A stretch of DNA of 63,122 bases, filler included, from Octopus bimaculoides (GCF_001194135.2; 4 parts of 4 records of this genome joined end to end with filler, not necessarily neighbours in it); one strand, 5' to 3'. Counted from the first letter of the whole stretch, positions 37,186 to 50,428 are shown. The notes: a model not told the origin generated them from the letters alone. A program made the numbers and translations.

Positions 37186-37674
37186 GTCCTCTCTTTCTAT
37201 CAAAAATTGAGATTGGTTTTAAATACTTCATTTAGCGTCTCTGCACGTAATTTCAAAGAATTTAATTCAATTAATGCAATGTCAGAATGGTCTCTCGACT
37301 GATTTCATTTTCTAATGACCGCTTTAACCTGATTGATATTTTTCATTCATTTAGGAGAGTGAGGTGAAGGTGGGGGGTATCGATAGAGGTGTGAACAGGT
37401 CAATATACGATAGACAGGGAACTGCCGTAGCCGTGTGATTAGAAAGATTGCAGCAAAATCATTTGGTTCCAGAATCCATTTTTGGTAAATGTTCTTACTG
37501 TGACTTTGGCTTTTCCCACACCTTGTAAGCGCTTTTTTTCCTTATCCCGTTTTATCTTTGCTTCTTTCTTTCTTTTTTTAGCTTCGAGATTCATAAGGCC
37601 AATGCCCTGGTTTCCAAAGAATATAAGAGGCCAGGGTCACAGCATTTCCGTGAACGATACGGCGATGCGTTTCA

Positions 37675-37876
37675 GGGTTCAAGGCCAACAATTCTGTGGC
37701 GGGGGGATGAATATATTACTTAATCCCCAGTATTTGACTGGTACATTGTTTAATCCCGGAGGGATAAAATGCAAACATGACCTCGGTGGGATTTGAGCTC
37801 AGAACGTAAAGAGTCGAAGGAAATACCGTTGAGCGTTTTGCCCGTTGTGCTAACGATTCTGCCAGCTCGCAGCCTT
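37675..37876 (-). mobile_element. SINE family A copy
   Basis: The reverse complement starts GGCTGCGAGCTGGCAGAATCGTTAGC and has CGAGGTCATGTTTGCATTTTATCCCTCCGGGATTAAAC. Confidence 0.8.
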
Positions 37877-38124
37877 TGTGAGTGAGATTACAGAGTCAAA
37901 AACTACTTGCAAAGCCATCACAATAACTTATAGCCAAGCCATGACTCGATTTAAAACTACCATCAGACTCTTGAAGGTCTTTAGCAGTATCCAACCCTTT
38001 GCAAGCAATTAGGCTAAGCCTCTGGCTTGAGAATAACAATCTCTACCACCATCCTGATCAGTAGAGACTTTACAAAAAAATGTTATGAATTCTGTTCTTC
38101 TTCTCATGAGTTAACCCAAAGGGT

Positions 38125-38400
38125 AAAGGACCCCTTTGGTCATGTATGACCATGGAATTGAAACTAGAAAGTTCCCCTCCGAAGCACAAGTTCAGTCAAG
38201 GTTGTTTATGGAAGACCAGCAGTCGCCCTTGCATACCAGTCTCCCCTCTCCGCGCCACCGATGTTATCCAAAGGGAAAGCAAAAGCAAAGGGGCCGATAC
38301 GGCTTGGCACGTCGCAACTCATTTCTACAGCTGAGTGAACTTGAGCAACGTGAAATAAAGAGACTTGCTCAAGAACACAGCCCGGTCAAGACCCTGATAC
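38125..38400 (-). mobile_element. SINE with CORE-like block, head truncated
   Basis: The reverse complement has GTGTTCTTGAGCAAG.C.CTT.ATTTCACGTTGCTCAAGTTCACTCAGCTGTAG. The tail is shared with 41130-41300. Confidence 0.8.
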
Positions 38401-38689
38401 AAAAGATGCGGATAGCTTCAAGTTTTACAGTGTAATTAGTTAATAAACAACTAGAAACACTGCTGCAGAGAGTACCTGGGTTTTCTAGAGGAATTGATAT
38501 GAGATTTGTGCTATTAAATTGTGCAAAGGCGAGCTTGTTGAGAGAAAAATTAATTAACAACAGTAATGTTAAATTAAATAAAGATATATTACAGAGTCAT
38601 AGCAAACACAGGCTCACAAGTGCATAGAAACCAATGAATTAGACAGATTGCAACTAAGAAATGAAAGAAATGTCTGCGATGGAATATTA

Positions 38690-39860
38690 GATTAATACTT
38701 TGAACAGAACTAAATGCAAAAGATAAAGTAATTAGGTATCAGCACTCTAGGAGTCCCATCGATAACACGTAGTGATTATATTCTGAGATAATAATTGATT
38801 ACTTTTAGAATACACCACGTACAATATGGCAGAGAAGAGTATATAGTCTTCGAATGCAAGGAAGTGGGAGCTTGTAAATAGAAAACTGTTACAAGATATT
38901 TTCCATATGATTGCCGAAATATCTAGTAACGAACAATGGCAAACTCATGTCTACAAAATAGAAATAAACCAGGAAACTTTCCGTCTGTAAGGAAACGAAT
39001 AAAAATAGGATAAAGGCTGAGCTAACAGACAGAACTGAGGGGATAGGAGAAACTATGAATATTGTTAAAAACTAAAAACTAAGTTGTGAATGGCGCTAAA
39101 TGGTAAAACGATGGAAAGAAGAGGTTTTTATTACAGATTACGGGAACAACGTGGGAATAGATGAAGAAAAAACGTATCAAGAATGGTTGAGGAGCGCTGG
39201 ACCGAAAGCTGTGGCTAAAGAAATGCTGGTTGCGACACAGCATAAATGTTTCCACAAGAGAGATCGAAACATATGTGCAGAATGCAATAAGTAATTTGAG
39301 ATTGTGGCAGTTGAGGGTAAACAACTTATTACATTGTTTCTGCTTGCCCAGTCCTTGCCCAGTCCTAGCCGAGAGACCAAGGGCTTACGAACACTGGGGA
39401 CTATGAAAGCCTTTTTTTTAATATCTACTGAAAGAGGTGTTATGAAAATACAATACAAAAGTTATCAGACATTATAAAGCGGCTGTATTCTAGGACAGCC
39501 GATCGACATAAGCATGAAGATCAAGACAAATCGACTGGATATTGTTGCAAAATAGCACCATGAAAGGAATTGCATTCTGGTTGATGCATCAGTCCAAATA
39601 AGCGACAGTTTATCTCTGAAAGAAATGGAGGAATTGTCCAAATATAAACATCTGAAGATTAAAAACAGAAAGAAGCTTTATATTAATAGGTGCCTTGGGA
39701 ATGGTCAAAAAAGTATGCAGACAAATACCAAAAACCTTACAATGCACAAATAAGTACGACATGCAAACAATAATTACACTACTAAGAAGTGTACATTTAT
39801 TAGGTAGAGTCTTGTCAATGCAATCGAAGGTACAAAAGCGTAGCAAAACATTGCACCAGC
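38690..39860 (+). mobile_element. R4/Dong-like LINE fragment, heavily degraded, with a short insert near 39310-39430
   Basis: LNAKDKVI..STLGVP, EEKTY.EWLRSAG.K.....LVA.Q, C..C, then an RLE-like IKTNR.DIV...C.LVD.SV...D.LSLKE.EELSKYK.L and IGALGMVKK. Confidence 0.8.
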
Positions 39861-40008
39861 CTAGAGAGCACGGTGACAGACGATTGGGTACGCAGTAAAA
39901 AAAAAAACCGCCAAATGAAAATACATTTATTGAACAAATAATAATCCTTTTACTGGCCAAAAGTATTCAAAGGTGTATTACAACAGTAAAAGAACGACGA
40001 CAACGATG

Positions 40009-40087
<79 letters not shown>

Positions 40088-40154
40088 TCATCTCAAGTAC
40101 AAGACAAAACGTGAAACTAACCAACATTCAATAATACCTTTTAATAATAAATGG

Positions 40155-40207
<53 letters not shown>

Positions 40208-40226
40208 GTAATAATGGTGGTGGTGT

Positions 40227-40500
40227 GGAGGCGCAATGGCCCAGTGGTTAGGACAGTGGACTCACGGTTTCAATTCCCAGACCGGGCGTTGTGTGTGTGT
40301 TGTGTTTATTGAGTGAAAACACCTAAAGCTCCACGAGGCTCCGGCAGGAAGGGGTGGCGACCTCTGTTGTACTTTTTCGCCCCAACTTTCTCTCATTCTT
40401 TCTTCCTGTTTCTTGAGTAACGCTGCGATGGACTGGCGTCCCGTCCAGCTGGTGGGGGGGGGACACATACGCCATAGAAACGGGGAAACCGGGTTCAAAT
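40227..40500 (+). mobile_element. tRNA-derived SINE (family B)
   Basis: GGAGGCGCAATGGCCCAGTGGTTAGG (A box) and GGTTTCAATTCCC (B box). Preceded by (AAT)n and ending in (ATAC)n. Confidence 0.85.
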
Positions 40501-40859
40501 ATGACATATATACATACATACATACATAATATATTTATACATACATACATATATGGTGGTTGTCTGCTCCCTATGTGTATCTACACTTTAGATCCACCAT
40601 GGCGTTTTTTTAAACCAGTCAATATATTGAAAAAACAACCATATAGATTGCATATCTGATTTGAACCACCAACAGCTGCAGTTACGTTCTGATCTTTGTC
40701 GATTTTAAAATGTCTTTGAGGCCTCCATTAGATGTGTAAACATTATGGTATACATTGAACGATGTGCACAGATATAAAGGCAGAATAGTTGGTGGAGGTT
40801 CGATCTATCATGGGTCCTCAAATGAGATTTGAGCCCAGCAAAAGAAAGGCATTGTCTGT

Positions 40860-41112
40860 TACAAGCTGCAAGTGACTGAGCATTCCAACAGACACGCGTA
40901 CCTTTTACACAGGTCTCAGGGAGCTTCGGTCTGACAGAGTGTGACAAGGCTAGCCCTTTGAAATACAGGTACAACTCATTTTTGCCAGCGGAATGGACTG
41001 GAGCTGCGTGAAATAAAGTTGCTTGCTCAAGGACAGGAGTTGCTGGGTAACGAACTCACGTCCTTACGATCATGAGTCGAATACCCTAACAACTAAACCA
41101 AGCGCCTTCATC
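40860..41112 (-). mobile_element. tRNA-derived SINE with CORE-like block
   Basis: Head GAAGGCGCTTGGTTTAGTTGTTAGGGTATTCGACTCATGATCGTAAGGACGTGAGTTCG, centre TCCTTGAGCAAGC..CTTTATTTCACGCAGCTCCAGTCCA. Confidence 0.85.
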
Positions 41113-41129
41113 CGTTCACTCATATACAT

Positions 41130-41300
41130 ACGTTTGCTGCTGAGAGCCCCCTTCGGTAATGATTGACCATGGGATTGCACCTAGAAAGTTACCCTCCGAG
41201 GCACGAGTCCGGGCAAGGTTGTTTATGGAAGACCCCGCCACCAGTGTTTTCCAAGGGAAAGGCAAAGGCCGATACAGCTTGGCAACAGTGATGTCACAAT
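41130..41300 (-). mobile_element. SINE 3' tail fragment, same family as 38125-38400
   Basis: GACCATGGGATTGCACCTAGAAAGTTACCCTCCGAGGCAC.AGTCCGGGCAAGGTTGTTTATGGAAGACC matches 38147-38218. Confidence 0.8.
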
Positions 41301-41999
41301 ATACATACATACATACATACATACATACATACATACATACATACATACATACATACATACACGTGCGTACTACAGTGTGTCATGAGGAAGATTTAGTTAC
41401 TATTTCTCTCTGGTTTGAGTAGCTATCACTTTTCCGTTGACTCCTACATACAAATATATATAAGACGGTAGGGTGTGAGATGGTGGAGGTCTTGGCTGCT
41501 ACATCTATCAGGTCGAACGACCACGTTAAAGATCTCCTTCGCTGGTTCCATGTGACCAGTAAATTCACTTGCTGGCAATCAATTGGAATCAAATCAAATA
41601 TTATAAAAAGACAAAAACAATTTTCCGTTGTATTCAAGATAATTCCAGTGTTTAGCGATTGCTGCGACATGGTAATTTTACACACCAAAACAACGTCTAA
41701 GACCCACCCCCACTGTGTTTCTTAGTCGTTGCGTTTTTGAAGGATATATTTTGTGGGGAATTTTTGCAAAATTTTTTTATGTTGCGTTGAAGGAAAAAAA
41801 ATACAAAAACTCACAAACCGTCATCGAGAGTGTGACGTACAAGCGAGGTGAAGAAGAAAAACTACAAATCTAAATATTAGGGAATTTTCTAATTATATTT
41901 TATTATTTTCATAGGAAGGGAGCTTCAATTATATTGTTTATTTTTTTATGCGTTTTAAGGGAATTTTTTTTTCAGGAATTTTTTTTCTTGGGTTTGTGA

Positions 42000-42047
<48 letters not shown>

Positions 42048-43341
42048 TGAAGTGTCGGTCGTTTTATGGCAAATGGAATATTTCGATTTTGATTCTTGAT
42101 GTTTTGGTGGGGGTGTTTGTTTTTTGTAATTATGAATCGTTCTTTATTTTATCTTTTTTGTATATATCGATTATCAACTTTCTGATTGTCAACTCTACAC
42201 ACTTTCACACTCCACCAAGGAACCATACATCGATGGTTCACACACGTACACACACACACAGACACAGACACACAGAGACACAGACACACAGAGACACAGA
42301 CACACAGAGACACAGACACACAGACACACAGACACACAGACACACACAAACATACATACATACATACAAACATACATTCGTTCATATATCATGGACATAC
42401 ACACATTGACACGCAACTCGTACGTTCACATATACACACCCATCACAAGCAAATGTGTGTGCGCGTGTATAAATGTGTATTTGCATATGCGTGTATATAT
42501 GTATATATATGTATGCGTGTGTGTAATCACTAGTTTTTGCTATTGTCTTTTTTTTAGTAAAACATATCAATTTTGGTGTGTGGCGACATTAAATGCTGAA
42601 ATTGTAGTCCTGCCTCACATTGTCATATCATTATTGTTAACAACGACCTTGGCAAGAAGCGAAGGTTACAGCTGGTAACGGTGGATTTATGTTCGGGGTA
42701 GTGGACTTTGTTAATGTAAGGGAAGCGGGGTAATGGTGACGATGGTGGGGGTGGTCGGAGTTGTGGCATTGGTGGTGGTAGTGGTAGGGTTGAGTGTGGT
42801 CGTCACATCAAATTTTGATGACAATCGGTAATAACTAGGGATTTCGTGGTGGATACTTCGCCAACAACAAAAATAATTTTAAAAAAAATTTTTTTTTTTT
42901 TTTAAAAGGACAAATCTTTGCCAAAACGCATTCGATGAGAAATAATTTCATAATAACAGTAATAATATCGGTAACGACGACGACGATGATGATGATGATG
43001 ATGATGATGGTAAGGAGGAAAATGACGAAGATGGCGATGATGATAATGATAATGATGGTGATGGTGATGGTGATGATGGTGGAAGAGAAGGATCATTCTG
43101 TTTGCTTCAAGAACAAAACAAAGAACCACAAACACAACAGTTTAAGACAACGGTAACACTATANNNNNNNNNNNNNNNNNNNNNNNNNNNNNNNNNNNNN
43201 NNNNNNNTTAATTAATTAANNNNNNNNNNNNNNNNNNNNNNNNNNNNNNNNNNNNNNNNNNNNAATAAAACATCTAAAATCGCGCTCTTCGTTTTGACTA
43301 TTTACCTTCGTGAAGAGTTACGTCAATCCTTTTTTTTAAAA

Positions 43342-43416
<75 letters not shown>

Positions 43417-43636
43417 GGCGGCGAGCTGGCCGGTTCATTAGCAAGCCGGGCAAAACGCTTAACGGTATTGCCCCTCGTTTTTCCTTTCTGAGTTCAAATT
43501 ACGCCGAGGTCGACTTCGCTTTTCATCTTTTCGGGGTTAATAGACTAAGTATCACTGAAACACCGAGGTTGATGTAATTTACTAGTCCCCCCACAAAAAA
43601 AATTTCTGTCCATGTGCCATTAGTAGAAAAGATTAT
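43417..43636 (+). mobile_element. SINE family A copy following (ATT)n
   Basis: GGCGGCGAGCTGGC head, GAGTTCAAATT B-box-like motif, GTGCCATTAGTAGAAAAGATTATT tail. Confidence 0.85.
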
Positions 43637-44110
43637 TAGATTGCTCCACCACTCTCATTCAATGGGGCAGGCAAGGTAGTTTTCCTTTGCTTGGTGGCTG
43701 AGGCGAAAGAGGTTGTGTGGTGGACGAGGTTGAAAGGAATGTTGACAGTTTCACTTGAAAAAGAAATTGAGAGCGGAGAAAGAAGTCCTCGAGTGTGTTT
43801 ATTGAAGGGTGGGTGAAAGTTGCGAAAATGGCAAGAGTGTATGGTACATACACTCATACAGTTGGAGAGAAGAAATTGGAGGGGATATTTGCTCTTGGTG
43901 TTCAGGGAAACCTCGAACAGTGGGGTTCCTCGATTATCTCTTGTACCAGGAGGGTTACATCTCTATCATTCTCCCAAACCTTTTTTAAACCTTTGAATAC
44001 TATGAATATGTCTCTTCTCTTTCAGTGTATACCTTGTATACTTACCCTTTTGTAAACTTCTTTTTATATCACACTTTATATCTGTCTTTGTATTGTTCGC
44101 CTCATTCTTC
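43637..44110 (+). mobile_element. Probable L1/Tx1-like LINE 3' end
   Basis: IAPPLSFNGAGKVVFLCLVAEAKEVVWWTRLKG...FHLKKKLRAE...FIEGWVKVAKMARV resembles L1/Tx1 ORF2 C-termini (from memory, not searched). Followed by a T-rich UTR and AATAAA. Confidence 0.45.
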
Positions 44111-44140
44111 ACCCTTGTAGCAAATAAATGAAATCACCGC

Positions 44141-44173
<33 letters not shown>

Positions 44174-44335
44174 TATTGATTGAGAGAACAGTGCATGCCA
44201 GCAAAGTGGTACTGGGGTAAAATATACGAAGCGCAGTATACCCAGCATGACTACCCGTCTGTTATTAGATGATAACACTTCCAATTAGTTTAGCTCAGAA
44301 TCCATGCGTGCAAGTGTCTGATACTGCATCAGAGC

Positions 44336-44366
<31 letters not shown>

Positions 44367-44469
44367 CTTCTTCTTCTTCTTCTTCTTCTTCTTCTTCTTC
44401 TTCTTCTTCTTCTTCTTCTTCTTCTTCTTCTTCTTCTTCTTCTTCTTCTTCTTCTTCTTCTTCTTCTTC

Positions 44470-44720
44470 TATGTTTTGTCAACATACGCACTATTCGCTC
44501 TCTTTGAGTATTTACCATTGCGATGTTTTTCTTGCCATTTATCAGTAAGAATATCTAAAGCAGCAGTTTTAGCACGGGTTTCCATATGTTTAGCTTTTTC
44601 TGTGCTTGATTCCAGTACGTCTAATTCTGGAATTTGTTGTATTTGGAATTCAATTAAATATTCCTTTGTCTGTTTTGATACTGAGTATGATGATTTCTTG
44701 TTTTCATTCTTTAAGACAAA
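44470..44720 (-). mobile_element. R4-like LINE internal fragment
   Basis: VLKNENKKSSYSVSKQTKEYL...DKWQEKHRNGKYSKRANSAYVDK, matching the W..K.LHG.Y region of R4 ORFs. Confidence 0.7.
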
Positions 44721-44756
44721 TTTTAATATTCAGTCAGCGGAGTTTTTCATGTATGT

Positions 44757-44811
44757 GGAAATTTTGAACCTGGGTTCTCATTCCTAACGTATTTTTCGAT
44801 GTTGCTGTTGT

Positions 44812-44864
<53 letters not shown>

Positions 44865-45005
44865 CAACATCGAAAAATACCTTAGGAATGAGAACCCAGG
44901 TTCGAAATTTCCTTAAGCAACCTGATGATGGCTGGAGGGTATATCAACCGAAAAATTGTGTTAACAACAAATAAGATGAGGACAAATACCCGTCAAATGT
45001 AAAAA
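44757..45005. mobile_element. Inverted pair of family H1 modules around (AAT)n
   Basis: 44757-44803 is the reverse complement of 44865-44912. The plus-strand module continues through a degenerate hammerhead (CTGATGA at 44922; GAAA followed by AATT). Confidence 0.85.
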
Positions 45006-45569
45006 ACAAAGCTCCCACGTAAGCTGTACGAGGTTTGTTGGGTAAAATGCTGTGCCCTTGGACCAGATGCTTCTTCCATTCTCAATGCTCTTTCTTGCAC
45101 CACCACTCGTTCTTTCACTTGAGCCAGATATGATGATCTGCTTTCTCAGCGGCTTCAGACAATTTTCAGGCAAAATCTATTGCCTCCTTTGTGACTAGTA
45201 CAAGATTCCTGAGTCCTAGAGTGAACCCTAGTTACTACAAATAATTTTACACCTATTTATAAACGAAGTCATATTGCTTTCTATCCATAGGTTTTACAGA
45301 CTTTAACCGATTCGCTATATCGCTTGACTTTGCTGAGAGAATTGTCTGTGATGATCGCTTCCCAGGGAACACTCTGCTCTGCCGTCTTTACTACCTTCCT
45401 TTCTTTGCACCATAGCAAAAACAATGTAAAGATGGTAGATGGAAGGAGTTTCATATCTTCTTCTTCTTCTTCTTCTTCTTCTTCTTCTTCTTCTTCTTCT
45501 TCTTCTTCTTCTTCTTCTTCTTCTTCTTCTTCTTCTTCTTCTTCTTCTTCTTCTTCTTCTTGTGTATAG

Positions 45570-45941
45570 AGAAAAGCGTTTTCTTTTCTTCATGTTGCTT
45601 TCCTACATGCAGTAGCCTTCCCCTCCTTCTTTCTAAGTACTTTGCTAGTTCAACTTTTGTTATTTTATAGTAATTTTCTATCTGTGTCAGGCCAGGGCAT
45701 CCTTCTGAGCATAGTAAATATATTCTGTCTGCGTCTGTTTGAGGTGGTGACTTCGGTGCGCTGTTAGTAGTTTTCTGGTTTTTCTATTTAGGTTTATCAA
45801 TTCACTAATATTCCAGTTTACTATGTTAAAGCTGTAATTTATGACTGGTATGGCTGGCGTGTTTGTCCCTATTATCTTATTTATAGCATTAAGTTCAGTG
45901 TTTAATATTTGTCTAACTCTTCTGTAATACCCTCTCTTTCT

Positions 45942-45944
<3 letters not shown>
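45570..45944 (-). mobile_element. R4-like LINE fragment starting directly after a (TAA)n tract
   Basis: YYRRVRQILNTELNA.NKI..INT.AIPVINYSFNIVNW..SEL..L.RKTRKLLT.HR.HH.K..DRIYL..SEG..GL.QIENYYK. Confidence 0.88.
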
Positions 45945-46010
<66 letters not shown>

Positions 46011-46012
<2 letters not shown>

Positions 46013-46880
46013 GTAGTTTACTTCCGTCAATTTTGTTTCCATTTCTTCCCGAGTGTATTCCCGACACCTAGGGTAGAAACTCACTGCATGCATAGATAAG
46101 ACACTAAAATAAACATAACAGATTGTTCATTTAGAAAATCAAATACAGTTATGTAAAGAAAAAAAAAAATCCCTGGGACTTTATCGTTCCCACATCGGAA
46201 ATGTTCCTCTCAATATGTGTGATGTAACTGGTAAAATAGTTTTTGTACTTTTTGGCGGGTTGTAAGGCAGGAATCATTCTAAAATAATTTTCACTTCTCT
46301 TATTGATCATTCCTAGACCTCCTACAGTCCCTGGTATTATAACCGCCTTGAGATGCCATATTTCTTTTGAATTTCAGTGATTCATTTTTTATATTTTCTG
46401 AGTTTGTGAAATTCTTTTGCCGGAATATTGCTATCACAAGGGATACACATATCAATCAATAAACAGACGTTATTATTTTGATTTCCTACACTATATCCAG
46501 TTTATTACCTTTAATGATGCTATCTGAATGTGTAAGAAATTCCCAAAGAATATTTAAACTTTCTCTCTCTGTTACATCTTCAGTGTGTCGCTTCTACTAC
46601 TTGCCAACAGTTTTGATTTTATAATGCAACCATTATAGATATTGGCCAGCCCTATTATGTCTTGGTTTATGGTCTACCGGAGCTAAAAATTTACATCCAG
46701 AGATTAAGTGGTCCATTGTTTCAATCTCATCATTGAAGAATCGACACTTTGCATCTACTCCATTTTTCATCACATTGGATTGATATTTCCGGCTTGGAGC
46801 TGAGATGAAACAGTTACTCTCTGCCTTCAGCCCTAATCTTCGTAGCTTGTTTGCTATCCAGAGATATTTGAACCCTCCTA
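46011..46880 (-). mobile_element. R4/Dong-like LINE 3' fragment with Zn knuckle, RLE domain, 3'UTR and (TAA)n tail at 45945-46010
   Basis: GLKAES..FI.A, KCRF..DEIETMDHLISGC, RHNRAGQYL, ILWEF..HSD..IK.NK.DIV....CLLIDMCIP.D.NI..KE..KL.KYK, V.....GGLG, SHILRR. Confidence 0.88.
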
Positions 46881-47404
46881 TTATAGTTTTCTCTGGCGTT
46901 TACAATATAACCCTATCTATTTCCATTTTAATATTGTCAAATGTGCTTATTAAATAGCGCGTGGAAGTTTATTTTCAGGTGTGTTTTGTTATTTTGTAAT
47001 TGTCGCTATCTTGACAAATGGCTAGTTTATAAATAGATGATCTCCACTGTTTACTGAGAGAAAGAAACCGGAAATGAGTGGCCGACGGACTCTTTTACAC
47101 TTATGAATAGAAGAGAAACAATATATTTACATTCCCATTCCTACTTAACCCACAGTGAGATTTTATAATATTTCTATTAGTTTCAATTCTGATTTAAACG
47201 GTGCTGTGTATACGTATGTAAGTGAGTGTGCAAAAGGAGAGATTTATACATATATGGATATATAGACTCAAACCTATCTTGCTTCATTACCAGATTCAAT
47301 TGACAAAGATATATGTCGTCATTCATGAAATTTGCTTTTACTCTTAAATAAAACAAGAGAAAAGACAATACTCTCCCTTTAAGGTTTATATTACACAATT
47401 GGTG

Positions 47405-47789
<385 letters not shown>

Positions 47790-47792
47790 CAC

Positions 47793-48057
47793 GGGCATAT
47801 GGCGTAGTGGTTAAGAGCGCGGGCTACTAATCCTAAGGTTCCGAGTCCGATTCCAAGCAGTGACCTGAACACTAATGATAATAATAATAATAACATCGAA
47901 AAATACCTTAGGAATGAGAACCCAGGTTCGAAATTTCCCCAAGACACCTGAAGAAGGTTGGAGGGTATATCAGCGTAAACGTTGTGTTAACAAAGAAACA
48001 AAATGAGGACAAATATCCGTCGAATGTAAATAATGTAAATAATGTAAATAATGTACA
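47793..48057 (+). mobile_element. tRNA-headed hammerhead element, right arm of palindrome
   Basis: TGGCGTAGTGG A box (47800-47810), anticodon-like arm GGGCTACTAATCC, B-box-like GAGTCCGATTCC, short (AAT)n, then the H1 module with CTGAAGA at 47948 and G12 changed to T. Confidence 0.85.
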
Positions 48058-48494
48058 CGACTGGTATTGTACTAAAAACATTCTTAAACACAGCTCCGAT
48101 AAAAAAAAAAAAGCTATCTTAATGTTGGTTGACTAAGCTATCTTAAATGTGGCACTGCATCATGTATTTCAATGTAATTTAACTGAAAAACTAGTATCTT
48201 AGGAAAAATGCTCAGTTTTGTTCATAATATTATCTTAAGATTTATTTAATATATCTAAAACATCGTGGTGCCTGACAGAAAAATTATGCTTACTACATTT
48301 TTTACACTTTTCGCAATTTTCCGTTACGCTTTGCGATTAACATTTTATGGATTGAAGTTTTGTCTCCATCTAAAAATTTCCCAAGGCCTGACTATATGAA
48401 ATAATACTAAACATATTCTAGTAAAAATAATTATTTTTCATACGTTATTACAATTAAAAATCATAAACTCGAGAAGTCATATCTAAACCCCCGC

Positions 48495-48548
<54 letters not shown>

Positions 48549-49315
48549 TAAATATGTGTGTGTGTACATATATCTTAGTATATCAAGCCTGTATGTATTC
48601 CTGTTAAGTAGATGAGAAATATGAAAATACAATTCATAAATGCGAATTGTTCCGGTTTGATTTCATTGGACTCTATAGTTTTCTGGGTCACGTTGCACAT
48701 AAAGACAGCCAAGCAAAATACCAAATTTTGTCCATAACATATTTAAGTAAGATTTATTATCAATGAAAATTTCCACTTATATATGAAAAAAACAAAACAA
48801 AAAAATGTAAAATCTGTTTGCATTGTAAATCTTCAGAGCTTGCATAATTCTCATTAGTTATACAAGGTTGTCGATAGTATTACAACTAAAACTGTAAAAA
48901 TAGATTAAGGAATTAGCTTTTATACTAACTACAAGGAGGGAAATACAACTTATCGTAGTCGATTAAGAAAGGCATTTCTCATACGATTGTGTGTATTAAA
49001 GGAAAAGATATGCGATTAAATCTATCAAGCTCAAGAGATTGCAGTATGATTGCCATATGTATTATCAATGTTTTACTATTAATCTTTAAAAGATAATATA
49101 TACACACATATATATATATATATATAGACACACACACGTGCATACATACACACGTGCATACATACACACGTGCATACATACACACGTGCATACATACACA
49201 CACACGCACGCGCATACACTTGTTTCATGTAAATATTCATATGAATGTTTGTATGTGCGCCAGTGGATAATACACTGTGTATTTGTATTTATGTATCACA
49301 CATATATCATATGTA

Positions 49316-50130
49316 CAGGATGCAGTAAATAAACTGTGGTTTCAATTACGCAAAAGTGAAAATAACACTGACATCTCATTTTAACAGATATATTTACTAA
49401 AGTGACTTAAAAATACCTTGAAATACTAAGGGATAAACTTATTCAATAAAATCGACTTTGCATTAAACCCCCGGACGACTTCCGAATCTTCTGCAGCTCT
49501 ACTGGACGCCCTACTTGTTTCAGTTGGTGAATGCTCATATAATCTTTGCCTTCAGTTCATCTTTGGTATTACAAGACATTGCAGTCTGGGGAGTTAGCTG
49601 GCCAGATGTTGGGGGTGATTTTGCCGCAGAAATTGTCTGACAGCCATGACTAGGTTTTCATGCTTGTGTGGCATGGTGCAGAGTCCTGCTGCCAGACATA
49701 ATGTCTTTCAGCAGCTACCCTCTTGACCCAGGGAAGAACTGTCTCCTCCAGGCATTTGGTGTAGGCCCCCGTCTTGAGTTTGAGACCGTGTAGGAAGATG
49801 AAATGAGGCATAATGTCGGCATCACTAGAGATCACTCCAAACACCATGATGTTGACTGCATGTTTTATTTGTATCACTCTCGGTACATGCGCTGTCCTCA
49901 GATTGACTCCCAAGCACTCTGAAATCTTCGTATTGGAGATTCCGGCGCGAATGGCATGCAGCACAATACGTCGTTTCCAAACTTCCTTCAGATTGAGTTG
50001 TGTCATAGTGCTGTTTTCTCTTACAGACGGCACCCAACTGATCCTTCTATGCTGTGTAGTCGATAAAATCAAAAATGCGCATGCCCGAAATGAAAATATA
50101 AAATGGCAAAAATTTACCCGTCGCACCCTG
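49316..50130 (-). mobile_element. Tc1/mariner element of probable maT (DD37D-like) type, internally deleted
   Basis: Ends begin CAGG.TGC, with TA on the left. The N-terminal MTQLNL.EVWKR..VL.AIRAG is fused to VMVFGVISSD..IMP.FIF..GLKL...Y.K.LEE.VLPWVK..A..R.YVWQQDSAPCHTS and WP.NSPDCN. Confidence 0.88.
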
Positions 50131-50221
50131 TGCATACATACATACATACATAATACATATATACATACATACAAACATACACACATACATACAAACATAC
50201 ATACATACATATATATATATG

Positions 50222-50428
50222 CCAGTACCGCATGACTGGCCTTCGTGCGGGTGACACGTAAAAGCACCCACTACACTCTCTGAGTGGTTGGCTTTAGGAA
50301 GGGCATCCAGCTGTAGAAACACTGCCAAATCAGATTGGAGCATGGTGTAGCCATCTGGTTTCACCGGTCCTCAGTCAAATCGTCCAACCCATGCTAGCAT
50401 GGAAAGCGGACGTTAAACGACGACGACA
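50222..50428 (+). mobile_element. Interspersed retroposon 3' end (GTAAAAGCACCC...GGAAGGGCATCCAGCTGTAGAAAC family)
   Basis: Same sequence as 59362-59555, 62560-62690 and partially 50458-50537. Ends GACGTTAAACGA(CGA/TGA)n. Confidence 0.8.

Noticed and set aside
44269-45593. Poly-F/R/S ORFs (and poly-I/N/L/D ORFs elsewhere)
   Set aside because: Translations of (TTC)n, (AAT)n, (GAA)n and (CAT)n tracts.
47800-47860. Possible tRNA gene
   Set aside because: A and B boxes are present but there is no acceptor stem; it is a SINE-type head.
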